DNA from: Octopus vulgaris
Taxonomy: Eukaryota
Length of the DNA stretch: 64,000 nt
Assembly: GCA_951406725.2 (NCBI GenBank)
Contig: OX597828.1
Coordinates: 13,206,001 to 13,270,000 of the forward strand
Direction: 5' to 3'
The notes below the pieces were generated by a model that saw only the letters and a program-made list of their open reading frames with translations, was not told where the DNA came from and made no database searches. A program made the translations under genes and the position numbers. Positions 1 to 64,000 of this stretch are shown here, in pieces. Numbering within the stretch: position 1 is the first letter of the stretch; the number at the start of each line of letters is the position of its first letter.

Positions 1-202
1 CTCAGCGGAATTTGAACTCAGAACATAGTGGCAGACGAAATACCGTGAAGCATTTCACCCGGCATGCTAACAATTCTGCCAGCTCACCACCTTTGAAACA
101 TAAATTAATATTAATATTAAATTTTGATGGAATATTAAATTTTAGACCATTTAACAACAAAAAGTTTGTATCATAGAACCAAGGGTGATCTCAGACTGGT
201 TA

Positions 203-447
203 AGGTAAAGTTACTTTCTTAAGTCATACTGACTCATTTCCCAGTTTCCATGACGTATAAATTCTCCACCTGGATAGGATGCTGGTCCATCACAGGTTTA
301 CTCTCTTTTGCTGGCTGAGCAGACTGCAGCAACTTGAAATGAAGTGTTTTGCTCAAGAACACAACATGTCACCTGATCCAGGAATCAAAACAACAATCTT
401 ACACTCATGAGTCCAACAGCTTTACCACTAAGCCGCATGCTTCCACT
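203..447 (-). mobile_element. tRNA-derived CORE-like SINE, degenerate; related copies near 3345-3540, 4395-4715 and 20965-21130
   Basis: The minus strand reads ggcttagtggtaaagc..., then a B-box-like ttttgattcc and gtgttcttgagcaaaacactt. Confidence 0.55.
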
Positions 448-655
448 CTCAGACTGGTTGGTATGGAAACAGTAAAACTCAGCGCCAAACATTGCATGTT
501 TTCACTCTGAAGTCTGCTGTCTCTCCTTCCAAAAATCCCCATACATGTATCATGTCAAGCTGTACATTACATCTTTTCTTCTGGCTTATGAACGCTGTCT
601 ATAGACTATAGACAGTAACCTTCAACTCAACTGATTTCCTTTATTTTATTTACAG

Positions 656-62086
<61,431 letters not shown>

Positions 62087-64000
62087 GTAAGTAAAACTAT
62101 TTGAGTACACAAAAATATAGGAACAGGCCTGGCTGTGTGTTTAACCCTTTAGCACTCAAATTACTCTGTCAATTACAATGCTTATTCATTCATATTGGTT
62201 TGAATGGGTCATGCATTATCTCATAGCTTTGATATTTTGATGATGTGATTTTTTATGATTTGAATGACATTACTGGGTAGGTGGCCATATCTGGCCAGTT
62301 TGAATATAAAATGGATAGAATATTTTGGGTTGTATTTATGACCAGTTTAAACGCTAAAGGTTTAAGAAGTTCATTTTGCAACCACATGGTTTCAGGTTCG
62401 GTCCCACTGTGCAGCACCTTGGGACACTTCTAGTATAGCTTTGAGTCGACTAACCCCTTGTGAGTGGATTTGGTAGACTTAAAAAATAAGTATTGGGGTC
62501 AGTTTGGTTGAGTGAAACCCTTCAAGGCAGTACCCTGGCATGCCTGCTGTCCAAAGTAAAAAGATAAGCAGAACATGAGGAAACCATAACAAATTCATGG
62601 AAAGATGAATATTTTCATTCATCTCTTTGTGTGTGTATGTGTTTTTTTGTTTTTTTTTTTAAATGAAAATAGCTGGTTTCAAATTTTGGCACAAGGCCAG
62701 CAACATCAGGGAGGGGTTAAGTTGATTGCATCAACCCTAGTGCTCAATTGGTACTTATTTTATTGACCCCCAAAAGGATGAAAGGCAAAATTGACCCTGG
62801 CAACATTTGAAATGCTGGTAAGCATTTTCCCAGTGTGCTGACAATTTTTCCAGCTTGCTGCCTTACCAGGCTAATGAAAATTTTGATAGCCATCTTAATT
62901 AGCTTGATTAGTGTATTGGACATGATTATACATTTTAATGAATCTATGCTTGTAAAATGGAGTCAGGTTAGGGATCTCACCACAGGCTGATGAGACCTGC
63001 TACTGGGACTGTGTAAACCAGAACTACTTGTTCTGTGGTCAGTGGCTAAACCAGCGCCCCCACTTGAATAGATTGCTGCTCTTGTGAGGAGGGTTTCTGG
63101 GACACCCAGCTGGACTAAATACCTGTTGAGGATTGATTAGCTCCTTGTGGGCCAACAGGTATCCAGTTGGGGAAGAAAATGGCAAACCACGAAATATCTC
63201 TGCCAAGAAAACACTATAAGAAAGTTCAAACAAAATAATGCTGTCTTCATCGAATGGGAGAATTTGCAATTGATTGGGAAAACTTTTGCTGTAGTGCCAT
63301 CAATGTGCTGCCAAAAATGTACAATACATGACGATAACAATGTTTCATTGTCATCGTCGTCATCATTTAATGTCCGTTCTCTATGCTGGCATAGGTTTGA
63401 CAGGAGTCGCAGAGCTGCAGTAGGTTCCATTTGTTTGTCTTGGCATGGTTTCTCCAGCTGGATGCCCTTCCTAATGCCAACCATTTTTACAGAGTGTACT
63501 GGGTGCTTTTAATGTGATATGGGCTTGGGCACTTTTACATGGCATTGGTATGAAGGAAATATTTTTCTTACAAACTTTATGTTTTCATTTTGTTCTAATA
63601 AATTTTGTTATGACAAAGTGAGAAAAGGAAGGGCAGCCATGGCCTGTTGAAGGGTGTTTGAAACGTGGGAGGAAGGGATGTTGTGATCCTCTGATTGGTG
63701 ATGTGAGGGAGGCAGTGATTCTTGGATTGGGAATGTGGTCCAAAAATTAGTGACAGAGTGGGTTTTGCTAAAGTCACCCAAGGGCCAAAGGATGTTGATA
63801 AACCAGGCAAGGAATTAATCTTTTTAATACTAACATACCTTAAGCTGCCTTTGGTCCTGATACAAACTTCTTGTTTAAAGTTATCTGAATTAAAATCTAT
63901 CATGATCCAAACACCAACTTAATAATAATTAAATTCTTTTACCAAATTCTTCATTATTTTCATAATAAACTGCAACAGAGACAGTGTTCTTCAACAGAAA

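Noticed and set aside
62987-63020. CTGATGAG hammerhead candidate
   Set aside because: No GAAA or cleavage-site geometry downstream.
63619-63650. Candidate terminal exon (M)RKGRAAMAC-stop
   Set aside because: Weak aAG acceptor and no independent support; the resemblance to vertebrate CCP2 C-terminal residues is probably chance.

Overview
Eukaryotic (animal) genomic DNA, AT-rich and very repeat-dense. The tRNA-derived SINE families and (TA)n/(TTA)n/(ATG)n microsatellites resemble those of octopod cephalopods; this is an inference, not a database result. One protein-coding gene spans the window on the + strand: a cytosolic carboxypeptidase (M14D tubulin deglutamylase) of the CCP2/CCP3 (AGBL2/3) type. 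I reconstructed 20 phase-consistent exons from 656 to 62086 (about 745 codons). The start codon lies upstream of the window and the stop is probably downstream. The zinc ligands and catalytic residues are intact. The introns hold SINEs, RTE and R4/Dong LINE remnants, mariner/Tc1 remnants, a Gypsy integrase fragment and a TTAA-flanked MITE family. Most entries in the ORF track are repeat artefacts. Four signals stand out. (1) Several short Penelope-like inverted-repeat elements carry type I hammerhead-ribozyme motifs, including a TSD-flanked element combining a tRNA/Pol III head with a hammerhead. (2) A complete, TSD-flanked retroelement carries only ORF1 (no RT) and sits in a SINE head. (3) A GC-AG intron follows directly after the catalytic Glu codon. 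(4) The deglutamylase has its own tubulin-tail-like poly-Glu tract. All calls were made by eye, without searches or folding software.
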